NCBI GenBank assembly: GCA_002633005.1
Contig: NMRA01000946.1
Span: 1-64,000 of the forward strand
Source of the DNA: Phoronis australis
Taxonomy: Eukaryota > Animalia > Phoronida
Direction: 5' to 3'
Length of the DNA stretch: 64,000 bases
A program made the position numbers and the translations under genes. This document shows, piece after piece, positions 38,940-52,900 of the stretch. How positions within the stretch are numbered: the first letter of the stretch is position 1; each line of letters opens with the position of its first letter. The notes beneath the pieces were generated by a model. The model was not told the DNA's origin, ran no database searches, and saw only the letters and a program-made list of their open reading frames with translations.

Positions 38940-39860
38940 GTGACACACTGCTGTGTCGCTTGATGCACAAGTAACCAAAGAAGAAACAAAGTATTGTCAT
39001 TTATCCCACGCGCGTTGAATCTGTCGAGGGATATACGGCCATGAAATAAAGTTTTCCGTATTCACCTCCCGCACTACTTTAACAGCGACCTCTGACATGG
39101 AAAGTTCAAAAGGTAGGTCAATGTCGACTCCACGTCCTCTGAGCCGGTTCGATCAACAAACTTTCCGAATATAGATTAAAGTAATACAGTTGCAACAGTG
39201 TAACTAACACTCGACATGCAACCAGGCCCTAAACGTGAAATCTGGTACAAAACTGTTAATTATAAGACACTTATGTCTCAGTTTTCAATTGCTGAATTGT
39301 ATATCGTCTGCAACTCGGGCGCCGATTCCTAGGAAATTGAAATATCAAATATTGTTGTTTTTTTAAACTATTTCCAGGAGATGTTACAAGTTCACTGTTC
39401 AGTTGCCGCTGTTTTCATCTTTGCTACCTCTTTTCAAGAAATAAATCGTGACTTCTAAAACTGTTTCTTTCACAAGAGAAAACTTGAAACCTAACTCGCA
39501 AGTACATACATATAGGATGTGATCCGCCATGTGAACAGTCTGGATGAAGTATTTGAAAAGTCGGCCGCAAAAATGCAAGAAACTTAGGGATTCGAAGCGC
39601 ATGGGATAAATACAAAACGTAGCTCGATTGGCGTACATGAAGTAATATCCCACTCGACCTTATTCCGCGTATCGACCTCGTCCATCGCTCTCGGTTTATA
39701 CGCGGAATAATGTCTCTTGGGATATTACTTCATGTACGCCGCTCTCGGTACGTTTTGTGTATTTCATCAATTTCATACTAACAAAGAATTAGTAAGACAG
39801 TGGCTAGTGAAGATTCGTAGATACGAAACACCAAGTTTGCAAATAAATTATTACACTCTT
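38940..39860 (+). pseudogene. Transposon-derived THAP-domain relic split by an insertion
   Basis: 38940-39002 (VTHCCVA*CTSNQRRNKVLSF) joins in frame to 39765 onward (HQFHTNKELVRQWLVKIRRYETPSLQINYYTL). Confidence 0.7.
39003..39764. mobile_element. Non-autonomous element with asymmetric inverted repeat and ~155-bp terminal hairpin (Crypton- or Helentron-like)
   Basis: ATTT at both junctions; 38999-39013 is inverted at 39597-39611 (14/15); hairpin at 39608-39764. Confidence 0.7.
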
Positions 39861-41708
39861 AATGTCAGCTGTATTCGACTCCAATTTATCACCAGGGGCC
39901 GTGATGCCTGAATATATTACCAGCAATACGTAAACTAGGTCATCCACCAGGTTCTCTGCATAAACTAGGTCATCGCTTATGGACCAGCTAGCGCTTCACA
40001 CTCCGAGTGCGTGTCTACTTGAGAGAAGCACCAGGAAGGTTGTTCTACAATTTGTAGCCCAAAATTACCAAAGTTCAAATATATTCCGTTAAAAAGGAAA
40101 GACAAAACATTTTATTACAGATATCTGGCCAATACCAACAGTCACCCCTCGTAAGCAAGTCAAAGCTGTCCTTTTTACTCGTTGCCTTATCTCGCACTAC
40201 CTCAATCGACTAGTTTTTCGCAATGCAACACAATTCTCATAAAATGAACTTGTAATGACTCCTTTCAACTTTAAACCATGCCCGAAGTACTAGGATACAA
40301 ATTATTATTAGATACAAAGACGTTTTTTTTCTCTGAAGTGGATCGTAAACAGCTCAGGTGAGTTTTCCTGACATAGCTACTTTGGTTTCAGTGCCTATAT
40401 ATTAGCTACCATAGGCCGGTCAAGGGCCAATCTCTGCTGTACGCACTACTAAGAGCATTGGAATCAAACTCTTATATATAAAGCAAACGTTTATTAGTAT
40501 ACTGGTGTGAATATTATCAGGCCGATTTAACCAAAATCTTCGAATTAACTAGACCCACTGATGATAGTCTATGATAAAATAAACTGATATCAATAGGCTA
40601 AAATTGGCAATTTTCGGCCACCCCATGTTAAATACAAAATTTTGTCTAATTTTCTTCAAACTCCTACATTTCAATCCTGATTATACTGATATCTGTTGGG
40701 TCTATCGGCAACTAACCGCTCATGAAAGGCTTGGTCGAAAATTATCGTTTTCTCACATGCACTTTCGGGTTTTCAGCGGCGATTCCATTGATCGAAGCGA
40801 CAAAATAAGCCGAAACTTTGGCCATACCATGTTAAACAATAATTTTTTTCCAATTTTGCTGAAACTTGGCCACGTTTTTAATAAAATACTTATCTATGTT
40901 ATGTGCTATCGGCAAATGTGATTGGTTCATAAATAAGACCCCCACGCTGTGTTTTCTGCGAATCCCATGTATCCTGGAGGGGGCTGACTGAGTGATTTTC
41001 GCGCATGCTCAGTTCAAGGTTTCAATATTGCTGGTAATGAGTTAGTAACTTACAAGCACACCATTGCGTTTATAGCACTTTGAACTTCCCCACGGTAAAA
41101 CGTTACTTCGAATGCACATTCTTGGGAGTTTAAAGAAAATGACAAACCATGAGTGTTCCACAAATTTCTCAAAAATGGTGACCTCAAAGACTGCTTGAGT
41201 TGTCAGGCTAGACTGAAGATAGCCATATAGATTTCTTTAGATCTCAGAAAACTGAAGGCTACACACACGCCCTCTGAAGTTGATGAATGAACCATTTCAC
41301 AGCCAAAACAAGCAGTCATGCAATGTTGTAGTGCTTCCCCAGGTGTAGCTTCGTACTTTCATAATTTTTACACACTCTAAACAGTGTTGAATCCGACAGA
41401 TGTGCTAACTTTTACAGCTACATGAATGAAAGGTTCATGCTAATAGCATAGATATTCACTTACACGTATGTTTGCCTCCGAGTACATGTACGAATAATTT
41501 GTAACCACTTGCTGTAATTGGCAGACCTAGGCGTATTAATCCCCTTGGTGAACTGTTTTTATTTGTATCTTCACTATACACTGGCTCAATATGGGATGTG
41601 GCTACTACAAACCTGAGTGGATTTTCTGACTGATTAGAACAAGGGGCAGTGTGGTGGTAGGCAGAAAGTTTCTAATTAATAAGATACCCAGTGAAAAGGG
41701 TGCAAAAT

Positions 41709-42870
41709 AGTCCTTTTGCGAGTTTATAACAATAACGCGAGATTATGTGAGACTCAACTGTGACGTCACGGGAAGTGGGGCAATAGCTTGTCGTTTGGCC
41801 ATTTGCCCAATACGGTGGCAGAGTGTATTCTGTTATTTTCTTCGAGTTTTTAGCCGTTTAGTTCGAAAAATGCCAAACAAGCATTGCTGTTATGGCTAAT
41901 GAAATTCAGATTCGCACTACAATACGTTCTATCGCGTTCTGTGCTAATTTCGTCCCGTGTATTTTAAACGGGAGGTAGGCGAAATCCGCTCACTGATATG
42001 TTTTCACCTCGTCAAAAATACATTCTACACCTAAAATTATCACATAAAACTGCGCTTACTTCCTTCAGTGATCCTTTCTGCTTCTAAACATATCTTCGAT
42101 GAAGCATAGCTACGGGAATTCAGGTGACTTTGACGAAGAATTCCAACTCCACTTTGTGGGTAGCCTACTGTTAACTTTGACCGCGCGCGCGATAACCACA
42201 AAGTATTTCAACTGAGTCAGGGGAGTATGAGGCAAAGGCTAGCGCGAGACTGAGCCAAGCGCGAGACCTGGCGCGCGACACTTGCAAAATAGCATGAGAA
42301 AATATCAAGTGAAATTTGTAAGATTTGTCTCCCTTGGACTTTTTTTCGTCAACAGGCGTGATTTCACGTAACTTCCTCAAAACGGCGCCCCGTGAGAGAA
42401 ACTCGAGCGAACAGCGAGGTTTTCATGGATATGTTCAAGTTATTTGTAGACTAAATTGTATCCAGAGTCAGAGTATGTGTTAATTATAACTCCATGTGCA
42501 CATATGCATGTTTCATTTGATTTTATTTGCTGTATTTTGAAGTGAGTAACTTTTTATGGGGATACACTATCGCCCCTGTACGTGTATGCCTGCGGCAAGG
42601 CCTAGACCGGGTTGAGTTCCAATTTCAGTCCGTTCACACCTTCGCACAACATAACAAGTTCACATTTTCTTCGTCCATTCACAGTTATTCCACGATCCAT
42701 CTACCATCTCTAAAGTTGTGTTAACGTTTTAAGCGTAAAATTCACCATAAGAACTCCAGTAAGATTTAGCGTGTGTAGCAAAGACTCGGGGCAAAACAAG
42801 AGCAATATGGCGGGTTTTGCCCCTCTTCCGGTGACGTCACATTGACTAACGAGAAACTCGCAAGTGAGCT
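41709..42870 (+). mobile_element. Non-autonomous DNA transposon (ISL2EU/Harbinger-like) with THAP start relic
   Basis: AT flanks and AG..CT ends; inverted motifs ttgcgagttt and tgtgacgtcac(g/c)ggaag(t/a)ggggcaa at both ends; 41870 reads MPNKHCCYG**NSDSHY. Confidence 0.6.
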
Positions 42871-43976
42871 ATTGGACATCACTCCATTTCAGAGCAACAC
42901 AGAAAAATTTGCAAGTAACACTCTTAAAGATACTCTTTCCCTTGCATTCCACTATTTATAACACAAGATGAATTTCGTCAGTCGAAAGACACTACTAAAA
43001 TATAAACATTTCGTAACTTTCAGCCCTGTTCGTGTTTGCCGTATTTTAGAATCATTTGTTTAGTTTTTTTCAAGAGCAGACGGGATTTCTGCGGAAACCA
43101 TATTACATACATGTATGACGACAGTTTAGTAAGTACCCATACTCCACGGGTCTGCTGTCACTGACTGCGACGGCCAATTTAGTTGGTGGCGTATTACCAA
43201 AAACGACTACAAAACTCACATTAAATTCAGTTAAGTTTGAAAAAAAATCATGAAACGGTAGCCTGACTCCCCTGAAGTCAGAGTCGCTCGTTTCTTCAAA
43301 AGTGGCTAAAAATGTCGTAGAGCGTGGAAAACAGACCGAAATGCATTATTCAAAGTGGTTCTCTGGCACTGAAACAGAAATGTTTACTACGTATTTTTAC
43401 GGGTTGTTCAAAAATCTGTTTATGTCAAAGCATTTTCTTTTAGTATCAAAATTCAAAAAACGATGTGCCAACTAATTGCTTGTCCCTCCGTCGATTTTTC
43501 TCCGACATGGGAAAGCACGTCTCCCTAATTGGTATGACAAGACGCATTTCTCTTATATGGAAAGCACGACTTTTGACTTTTGGTGTAAACAAAATAATGG
43601 CGTATTTTTCACGAGTTTTCGCGGTCCGTGCCACTTTAAAAGTACGGTTTACGATTCAAAAATAAAACTTTCTTCACCTTAGAGCTCATACGCCTCGCAC
43701 ACTTGTACATACACATGGATATTCCTATTATGGAGGAATTCACTTGTGTACCGCAACCTCAATCGGGTGTTAATCCATGCATTCACCTGCAGGACACAAA
43801 TCAATTCACACTTTTGGCGCTTTCAAAATGCGGGAGTCTTGGAAGTGAAGTACATCTGCACTGACACTGAACATGTTTGCATCATTTAAATATAAACAAA
43901 AATTAGCCTCTTTCTCGTACACCCTCATTACAACACTTGGAGCAGTCCAGAGCCAATTCTGGCAGATGCAACTGAC

Positions 43977-46900
43977 ATGGATTCCTTGCCATTATTAAGT
44001 AAAACTGGGGAAAAGACACCCCGTAGTTTTATTGATCACGAGCCTTTGTCTGAAGAAGGGGCGTCATTCAAAGGTAGACATCAAGCACTTCCGGAACACC
44101 TGAGAAGATTGGGCATTGACACACCTGTAGCGAAAAAGACTTTAAACAGAAAGATCTTAATTTCATGTTTGGCGGTAGCTGTCGTGTCGTTAGGTCTTGG
44201 AGTCATCATAGGGCACTTCAGGAGACAATTTTCCTCTGGGTCGGCAACGAAGGAAGCCGATCCTTCGATATCAAAGAAATTCATGGACGAAATCAGACCA
44301 AAGAACATTAGACAATACCTCAGGTATGATACGTCTTTACCAAATTGATAAATATTTCGGTAACTCAGAATTACTGTAGCTGGAACGTTATAAAATAATC
44401 CAGTAATAATATGAAAATGCCTTTTTGCTGTACAAGTGTGCCCTGATACGCTGTAAAATGTAACTATTTCGTAAAATGCAACAACTGTTACATTTTACGT
44501 CATCGGTACATTTTACGTTGCTGAGCCTCTCCTAAAATGTAAAAATGTTTTGCTTTTTACGTAATTCTTACCTTTTACGCATACGGGAAATGTACCATGT
44601 TACTTTTTACGAAACCAACATCATACCACAAAGTAAATGACCAAAATCAAGAACAAGTGATATTTGACACGGCCTGGGGTACTTAGAGAGCGGACTCAGA
44701 CATAAAAGTTACCCATTTAGAGAGTAATTTCGTATAAAAATTCACATTTACGCACAGTTCTGTTCCGGAAATTCAGAAAAGATATTTTGTCGAAAATGGC
44801 ACCATTTTCAAACCATTTTAGAGAGACTTTTTTGCTGTGAAAAAACACCCCTTTGGACTGCACTTTTATATAAGCATGCCCTCCAGGCGGACACAGTATG
44901 AATTTGGCAAACCATTGTCATTATTACTTGGGTGCAGGTACGGTCTTTAAATTCAGCATATGACTTGACAGTAAAATTTTGAGCTAGAGACTTCAGAATT
45001 ACGTATCTGTTTACTAAGTGCGATTGAGTGTGAATTCTAAATTTTCAGGTCATTTGGTGCACCCATGGGGTCATTAGGTGCATTTTTCTTCTGAAAGTTT
45101 GACCACTTCATTCATCTTGTATTCTGAAGTGCTTAAAGTAAAATATCTGCGATTATTAGCATTAACCACACTTTTAATCGAGTTAACAATTACTCCCTAA
45201 CCGGGGGTCATAATGCACCGGAAGAGGTCAATTAGTGGAAAGGTCATCAAAAAATTAATATGTACTTTCTCCTACAATTTTAAAGAATTCCTTTTCATAT
45301 TGGTAAACTTGCTGTCAGTTACTTCCCATAATAATTCCAGTGATACGCACGCGCAGAGTCCGTTATTGTCACGCCGTGACAATAATCGTTCTAGTTATTA
45401 TTGTTGTTGTTGTTGTTATTATTGAATTTATTCAAGGAGGACACAGTGTAATATACACAATACCTGGTTAGCAGAGTGCTAGTACATCATGGTCCTCAAA
45501 GAGTCAAAATCATTTCATGGTTCAAAGTTTTCAAGGGGCTTCTCATAATGGACAGCGAGTGCTGTTTCAAATTCAAAAGGATTTTAAAGGGGTTCCTAGG
45601 TTTAATCTTAACGTCTTGACAGCTGTGGATGTAGAGTAAATCTACTTTTTTGTTTTAAAAGACAGTTACTGTTGCTATTTATCTTACTTTATGTGCGTTG
45701 TTCCTCCAGGAACCTCACAATGCGTCCTCACTTGGCTGGTACTCCGGCAGATCTTCAGCAAGCACGCGAGTTTCAGGAGTTTTGGCGGGAAGACGTTGGA
45801 ATGGATCAAGTCGATATAGTTCCCTACGAAGTATTGCTGTCTTACCCTGATGATGGACTTCCGAATGTAATTAACATGCTCGATGACTCGAGTAATGTTA
45901 TCTTTCACACACAGTTGTTCGAGAAGATCCTACGTCCGGATGATGCACAGTCGAATGTTGTGCCGCCATTTAACGCATATTCAGCACGTGGAAATATAAG
46001 TGTGAGTATGCAAGCTGCGACACAATACGAGGGCTTCTTCAAAGACAGGAGTAAAACACGTTTTCCATTGTATAAAATGGTTGAATCTGCCCAAAGTGCT
46101 TCTGTTCCTCTGGATTGTTTTCTTCCATTGGTTTGATTTCAATGTAAAACGTTTTTGTCGGCCAACGAGCTCCATGATTACGAAGAACACAGATTGGTGT
46201 CAGTTTTCTTTCCAGGGTGATTTAGTGTATGTGAACTACGCACGTGCTCAAGATTTCGACTGGTTGGCGGCCAACGCAAACATCAACGTCAGTGGCAAGA
46301 TTGTCATCGCAAGATGTGGAAGGATCTTCCGCGGAAGTCAGGTTGAATTGAAATAAATCATTTCATTTAACTATTCTGCTACGACCCAAATGTTCTTAAA
46401 AATTCGAAAAATTGAGACCACGCGGTGCTGTCTACACAGATGGCATAAATTAGAGTAGGCACGACTGATGAATCTGGGATGCTGTTTTCACAACAAAACT
46501 CCCGCACTGGCCGTGAATTCGTCGTCGATTCTGTAACGTTGTCCGCACTAGGGGGTGTTCCCCTTTAAATCCGTGTATAAACCGAATGCAAATGTGTAAA
46601 AGTTGGCAAGCGTCCAGGTAATTCCGGCACGAACGTGAATTGAACGAGGATGTTGACAAGACAGCGTGTTGGCACAGCCCGAATCTATTTTTGGGTGTCT
46701 AAGTGATAACTGGAGATAAAACGATTTTTCCGTCACTATCCACAAAACCCTAATATATGTTCTTGTAAGCAGGACCCACGGACTTTGTGATAGTAAACTA
46801 GACTCGGTTCAATTACCTTAATAAACTGGGAACAAAAATGTCAAACACTTTTATTCGCCTAAATATTCTTTGCAGTATTTTACACCTGCCGTGTCTCACT

Positions 46901-49900
46901 GTTTATGTCTCCAGCTTATGCTCTGTAGTGTCATTACTGCATCATTTTATTTCCACTTCAGAATGAAACAAATATGTTGCAAAATATCGTTAATCATATG
47001 TATCCTTGTCAGTTACTTCATCAATGTTCCGTTGAGGTTAGAGTTTTATTCTGAACATACATGAACGAAACGGAATAAAGACGCCTAATAACGAAGAGTT
47101 CCGTGTGTATAATGAATTCTCCACATATTTATATGTGCATATTGCCGCCCTCTCTTTCTCCGGGTCCAGCGGCCGGCGGCCGGCTCCCGTCATCCGGCGC
47201 CCGCAGCTGTGTCTCCTAAACCCCTCACAGGATCTTAATGAGATTTAGCAGATGTGTTCCTAGGAAGCTGACGGCAGCTGATGTCGAATTTCAGACCGAC
47301 TCAACTACCGCTGTGCCCACTTGTTGCAGTTCTAAATTCACGGTTTCCCCGGCCTGAATCTTTACTGGAATTCTTGTGTAGATTTTCATGAAAATTTGCA
47401 AATAGGTTTCTCTTAAGAAGACGACCACATCTTTTTTATTTTAGGATGGATTTGGCTATTCTGCGCTTCTTAGTGAACATTTTTTAAAATTTCGAGTCCG
47501 TTTTTTGGCTTCCGTCTTTCTATCTGCCAAACCGCTTGATGAATCCTTATGAAACTTGGCCGGTGTGTTCCTAATGAGGAGACGGCGGAGGGTTTCTCTC
47601 GTCTGGTGCCCCTTATTTGGGATTTTGTTTTTTTTACGTCCGCGGCTGTATCTCCTTAACCCTTTGTTAGAACTGTGCTATTTGGCAGATATGTTTCTAT
47701 GGAGCTAACAAGTGACGACGACGAGGAGTTTCACACCAAACGATTGGCGTGTCTCCAAGGCAATTTTATTTTCTTTCGCATGCTATACAAAGAAAAAGAA
47801 AAAGGGCATCAATCGAAGTTGCTAGAAAATATTTTGGATAGTAGAAATAATCCAAAGCAATTTTGGGCTTTGGTAAAATCAAAATTTAATAGTAGTCCGA
47901 AGGAAACTGCGATAACTCCAGAACGATGGTACACGTATTTTAATCTGTTGCTCAATGAACGGATGGAACCGAACGACACTATGTCAAATGCGGTCGTAAG
48001 ACAACAAGAAAATCATGACAATTACTGTGATGCTTGTGACAAAAATTTACCCAGTGATATGAACACTTGTTTCTCATGTGAGGAAATTGACTGTGCTATA
48101 ATGGATCTTCCAAACGGCAAAGCAGCCGGCATTGATCTTGTGTTTGAGATGTTGAAGAGTACGAGGGTAGCTATTGTTCCTGTATTGGAACTGCTTTTCA
48201 ATGGAATTCTCGCTACAGGTCACTACCCACAGGGCTGGTGTGACGCAATAATTGTTCCTATATTTAAACAGTGCAACACTGAAGATGAGAACAATTATAG
48301 AGTTATCTCATTGTTGTCAGCAGTAGGAAAGCTATTCACCAAACTTTTGAACAACCGGCTTAGGACCTGGGCTGAGGCAAATGACGAACTTCGTGAATCA
48401 CAGGCGGGATTCCGCAATGGCTATTGCACTCAGGACCAAATGTTTACGCTTCAGGCCATGTGCCAAAAATATATCACTAAGCCCGGGGGTCGCTTTTACT
48501 GTGCTTTTGTCGACTTTTCGAAAGCGTTTGACAGAGTTCCCCACATGTTATTCTGGTATAGATTACAAAAAATTGGGTGTCCATGGTAACGTTCTTAAAG
48601 TCTTGAAATCCATGTACGGCAAATTACGTTCATGCGTAAGGACCAGAGAAGGGTTAACCGGCATTTTTACTGTTCTGTCGGCACCAGACAAGGGTGTATG
48701 ATCAGCCCACTATTGTTTATCATGTATCTGAACGAATTTATCGAAGTCCTAGATAATGCCCAAAATATTAGAGGGATTTATATCAATGAAGAGGCTCTGC
48801 ACGTCAAATCGCTGTTGTATGCTGATGACATGGTTCTGTGTTCGAGCACTCAAATTAATTTGCAAAGAATGTTAAATTGCCTTTATGATTATTGCTCTTC
48901 TTGGAACATGAGTGTAAATCTGAAAAAAACTAAGATCGTTGTTTTTAGAAATGGCGGGCCACTCAGAGCGTATGAGAAGAGGTATTATGGAAACCAAGTA
49001 GTAAGGGTTGTCTCCCAATATAAATATCTTGGAATATTTTTCACACCAAGATTAGTTTGGTCCAAAGCCACTAAAACTCTGGCACGTCAAGGTAGTAAAG
49101 CTGCTATGCCCATCTATAAAATTAGAAACCGGTGCACGGAATTACCATTGAGCCTATCACTTGAACTGTTTGATAAAATTGCTGTACCGACTATGTGCTA
49201 CGGCGCGGAAATCTGGGGTTTCAAAGAATACGAATGGCTTGAAAATGTTTATGTTAAATTCTGTAAAATTGCTCTTGGAGTTGGAACCTATTGATCAAAC
49301 CCAGCTGTATTGAGTGAATGAGGAATTTATCCGCTCTATGCAAAGTATTATGTCACGTGTGTAAAATATTGGCTAAAAATGCCACCTACTAGATACGCTA
49401 AAGCGGCTTATGACATGTTAGTTGATTTAGATACGAATGGAAGAAATACTTGGGTATCTTCTGTTAGACAATTGCTATCAAAATACGGTTTTTATGAAAT
49501 TTGGTTGAATCAAGGTGTCACGTGCGAAGTCTCATTTTTAAGTTTCTTCGCGCAAAGAGTTAATGACTGTTATGAACAAGGTTGGCGATCAACAATATGG
49601 CGTAATACTCATGTTACTTGTAGTGCTGTATCGTTATGCTTCCGCACTGTGAGGTGACTTTCCAGAGTTCGGTAATCGGGAACTCGGGTTATGCCATACC
49701 GTTTTTACCAAATCATGAAAATTGTGTCAAATTCATGAACGAAGTGTCTAAGAATCAGACAACTTAATGAGTTCTGGGCTATTTCAAAACAACACAGTGC
49801 AGGCTGTTTAGAACATTCATTACCAACTGACATACTGTAATCATGTAACTGGTGTCAAAATATCTATGCGGAATCCTGAATTGCAGCTTTACCGTTGTAA

Positions 49901-52900
49901 CCTAACCATTAGTTACTTTCTTGCACATTACGGATAGAAAAAGTAATGTGTATAATTTACGAACTTTCTGCAGAGAAACTATGTTTCATTAAGAATTAAG
50001 TTATGTATAATCCACAACGACACAAAATATATAGTAACATGCAGTAAAAATACTTTTCAGGCAAAGAACGCGGAAATGCATGGCGCGATCGGCATCATCC
50101 TCTTTACCGACCCAAAGGACTACGGGGAGGACGGAATTTCGAAATTTTACCCTGACACCTGGTGGCTACCTCCAACTGGAGTACAGCGAGGAAATGTAAA
50201 AAGTTCCTCTGGAGACCCTTTGACTCCACTCTACCCTGCTACTGGTAAAACAATCTTCTGACAGTTTGTGTTTTGATTGAGACGCAAGAGTGTACGTGCT
50301 TTGTTATTTTCATTTCAATTAGCAAAGAGGAGTGAAGTTCAATGTGGAACCATCAAGGATATTTTTATTGAAGGAACGTTGCAAACGATTTGGTTCTTTC
50401 AAAGACTTGTAATTATGAATGTGGCGGTCTGGCAATCATGAATGGACAAGTTCCTCACAGCACAGTGGTCAAATTTCTGACTAATTGAAACTATGAACTT
50501 GGGATTACAGCTATTTTTTTCATGTGGGTCAGAAAGAGAATGAAGTCAATGGAACCTTGAATCACGTTCGAAGTCCAAATATGTTGAAAATTAACTGAAT
50601 TTGATCTTTATTTTTTAGTTGAATTTATATTTTGGGGGTGCACCACCACCTAAAATGGCCGCTGTAGTGAATGACATCTGACTCATGCATTATGGGTACT
50701 CAATCAAACACCGCTATATGTAATTAGGTTTCCGCAGAAACCTCGCCCACTTTAAAAAACATAAAAACATTGATAGTAAAATAAGGAAAACGCAAATAGT
50801 ACTGAATGTTACGAAATGTTTATATTTCAATGACATTTTGCGACTGACGAAGCTCTAAATTGGTGAATATAAAGGCAGGAGTATCTTTAATCTATTTCTT
50901 TTTATCAAAAATCACCTTGAAGAGCAAAGAGGAGTTTACCTATGTCGGTGATAGCAAATTGACAATGACGGTATGATACATTGTTCACTTGTACATTATC
51001 ACCTGTTATCATCTCTTAAAGGAACATTTTTGGCAAAAAAATGTGATTTTCTGAAATCAGTGTCCTTCTAAGTTCTCTGGCGGAGTTAAATCCCAGTCGA
51101 TAAATGGCAGAGTAGTTAAACATATTTAATTGGTAGTCAGCGGACTTGATTTTAGCGAAATATCTAGCAGACAAAGACTAAAATTCACGACATGTTTTAT
51201 TGGGTACGAATGAAACAACACAAGAATAATCTATATGTTAGGTTGGATTTGGAATTTTAGGGTCACAGTATTTCAAATAATTATTTCACAGAAGGTATCA
51301 GATGGGTACCTTAATTACAAGAGATAACACAAACATTTAGAATACCCAATGTGTAAGTGAGTATTGGATACTAAGTGGCACAGGTTAGTATAGTACCAAA
51401 TGGTACATAATGCCAAATGGGTATTGGCCGATTGCCTACCAAGGTGTTTGAGCAAACGGTAAGTGCAATAAATACCAAATGGGTACAAATTGCCGAATTA
51501 GCAAATATCATGTAAAGTACCAAGTGGGTACACCAAACAGCCACCAGGGCTATAAAAACCTGGCAAAGCAGGTTCTGGACAAGCTGAGTGAGCAGACCAG
51601 TCCGAGTGATACCTAATAGGTATAAAATTGTCTAATTGGGAAAAGCTTACGAGCAAATGTACTGTTACTTGAGGCTGGGGCAACCGGAAGCTTCAAAGAA
51701 AGAACAACCAGCGCTATCATCGGAGTAGATATAAACCAACTAAAAGTTGGCCGTAAAAGTGATAATGTCCCTTTCAAAGATGCAATTTGTACATCCATAA
51801 AACTTTTTCAAAATTTTCTAGAAAGTGCCCACAGAATTTCAGAAGATGACGAAGACGCAGGGCTTCCAAAAATTCCTGTTCATCCTATAAGCTATGGAGA
51901 CGCAATGGTACTCCTGAGGTGAGCGAATTGAAGCTCATGATTTGTTTGTAAGAAGCAATGCATTTGTGCAGTTTACCTGACATTCGATTGAGAACTTCGT
52001 AAAGGTATTGCACATTTATACAGACTATGTAGTTATAAAAATTACTTAGTTGTATGTATATGCAATTCAAGTTAATCTGTGCAGCAGTTTACAAGACATA
52101 CTACAGTGCAACTACCGGAGACAAAACTCTAAAATGACCGATTCATTCTGAAAACAAAAATGGCCTCCCGCCAAATAAAACTTGCAAAGCCTCAGACTAC
52201 ATTTTGTAGAAATCTGCAACGTCTTGTCGATGTAACAGAACTAATTGCCTGCTGAATCAATTACTATTAATTACAATGAGGTTCCCAACTGAAATGGTGG
52301 CAACGAGGTGAGGAATGCAGAAATATGGGAAATGTTGCGCGTGTCTTGCAATGGACTGGTTGTAGGGCGGAGACACAGATATACTAGATGTCGCTTCTCT
52401 AGACTGACTATTACATTCAATTTTAAAAGTAATTTTTACAATCCTCCAGATTAATACCTACGGTAGATATTATTCTATTGTATTTTCTACTCGTACAAAA
52501 GTATTTATTCAATGCGTTGTCCTTTTGTTTGCAGTAACATGACTGGTGATGTAGTACCAGATCACTGGAAAGGAGCGTTACCGATAACGTATAGGATCGG
52601 ACCTGGATTTAAGAAGAAACAATGGTAAGCTTAGTACCATGAACAATAACTGTTTGTCGGTAGTGGTGCTTTCCTTATCCCATTATAGGGAACGTTGGGC
52701 GTGTTTCTTGCACATTGTAGGTACATTTTTAGGGAGACAAGGCCAGTGCTACCGTGCTGTTTAGAAAGGGCCCCAGAGCTCCTCTGAACGTGATTAAAAC
52801 GTCCGAGGGTGACAATCAGCCCCAATAAGAATCATGGTTATTACCTAAACCAGTGATGCCGTCGTATTGGATTCCGTACTTACACTCTGCATTGTGGCAG

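Noticed and set aside
51017-51776. Possible Kolobok-type MITE (aaaggaacatt / aatgtcccttt)
   Set aside because: The inverted match is only ~11 bp and the right TTAA is imperfect.
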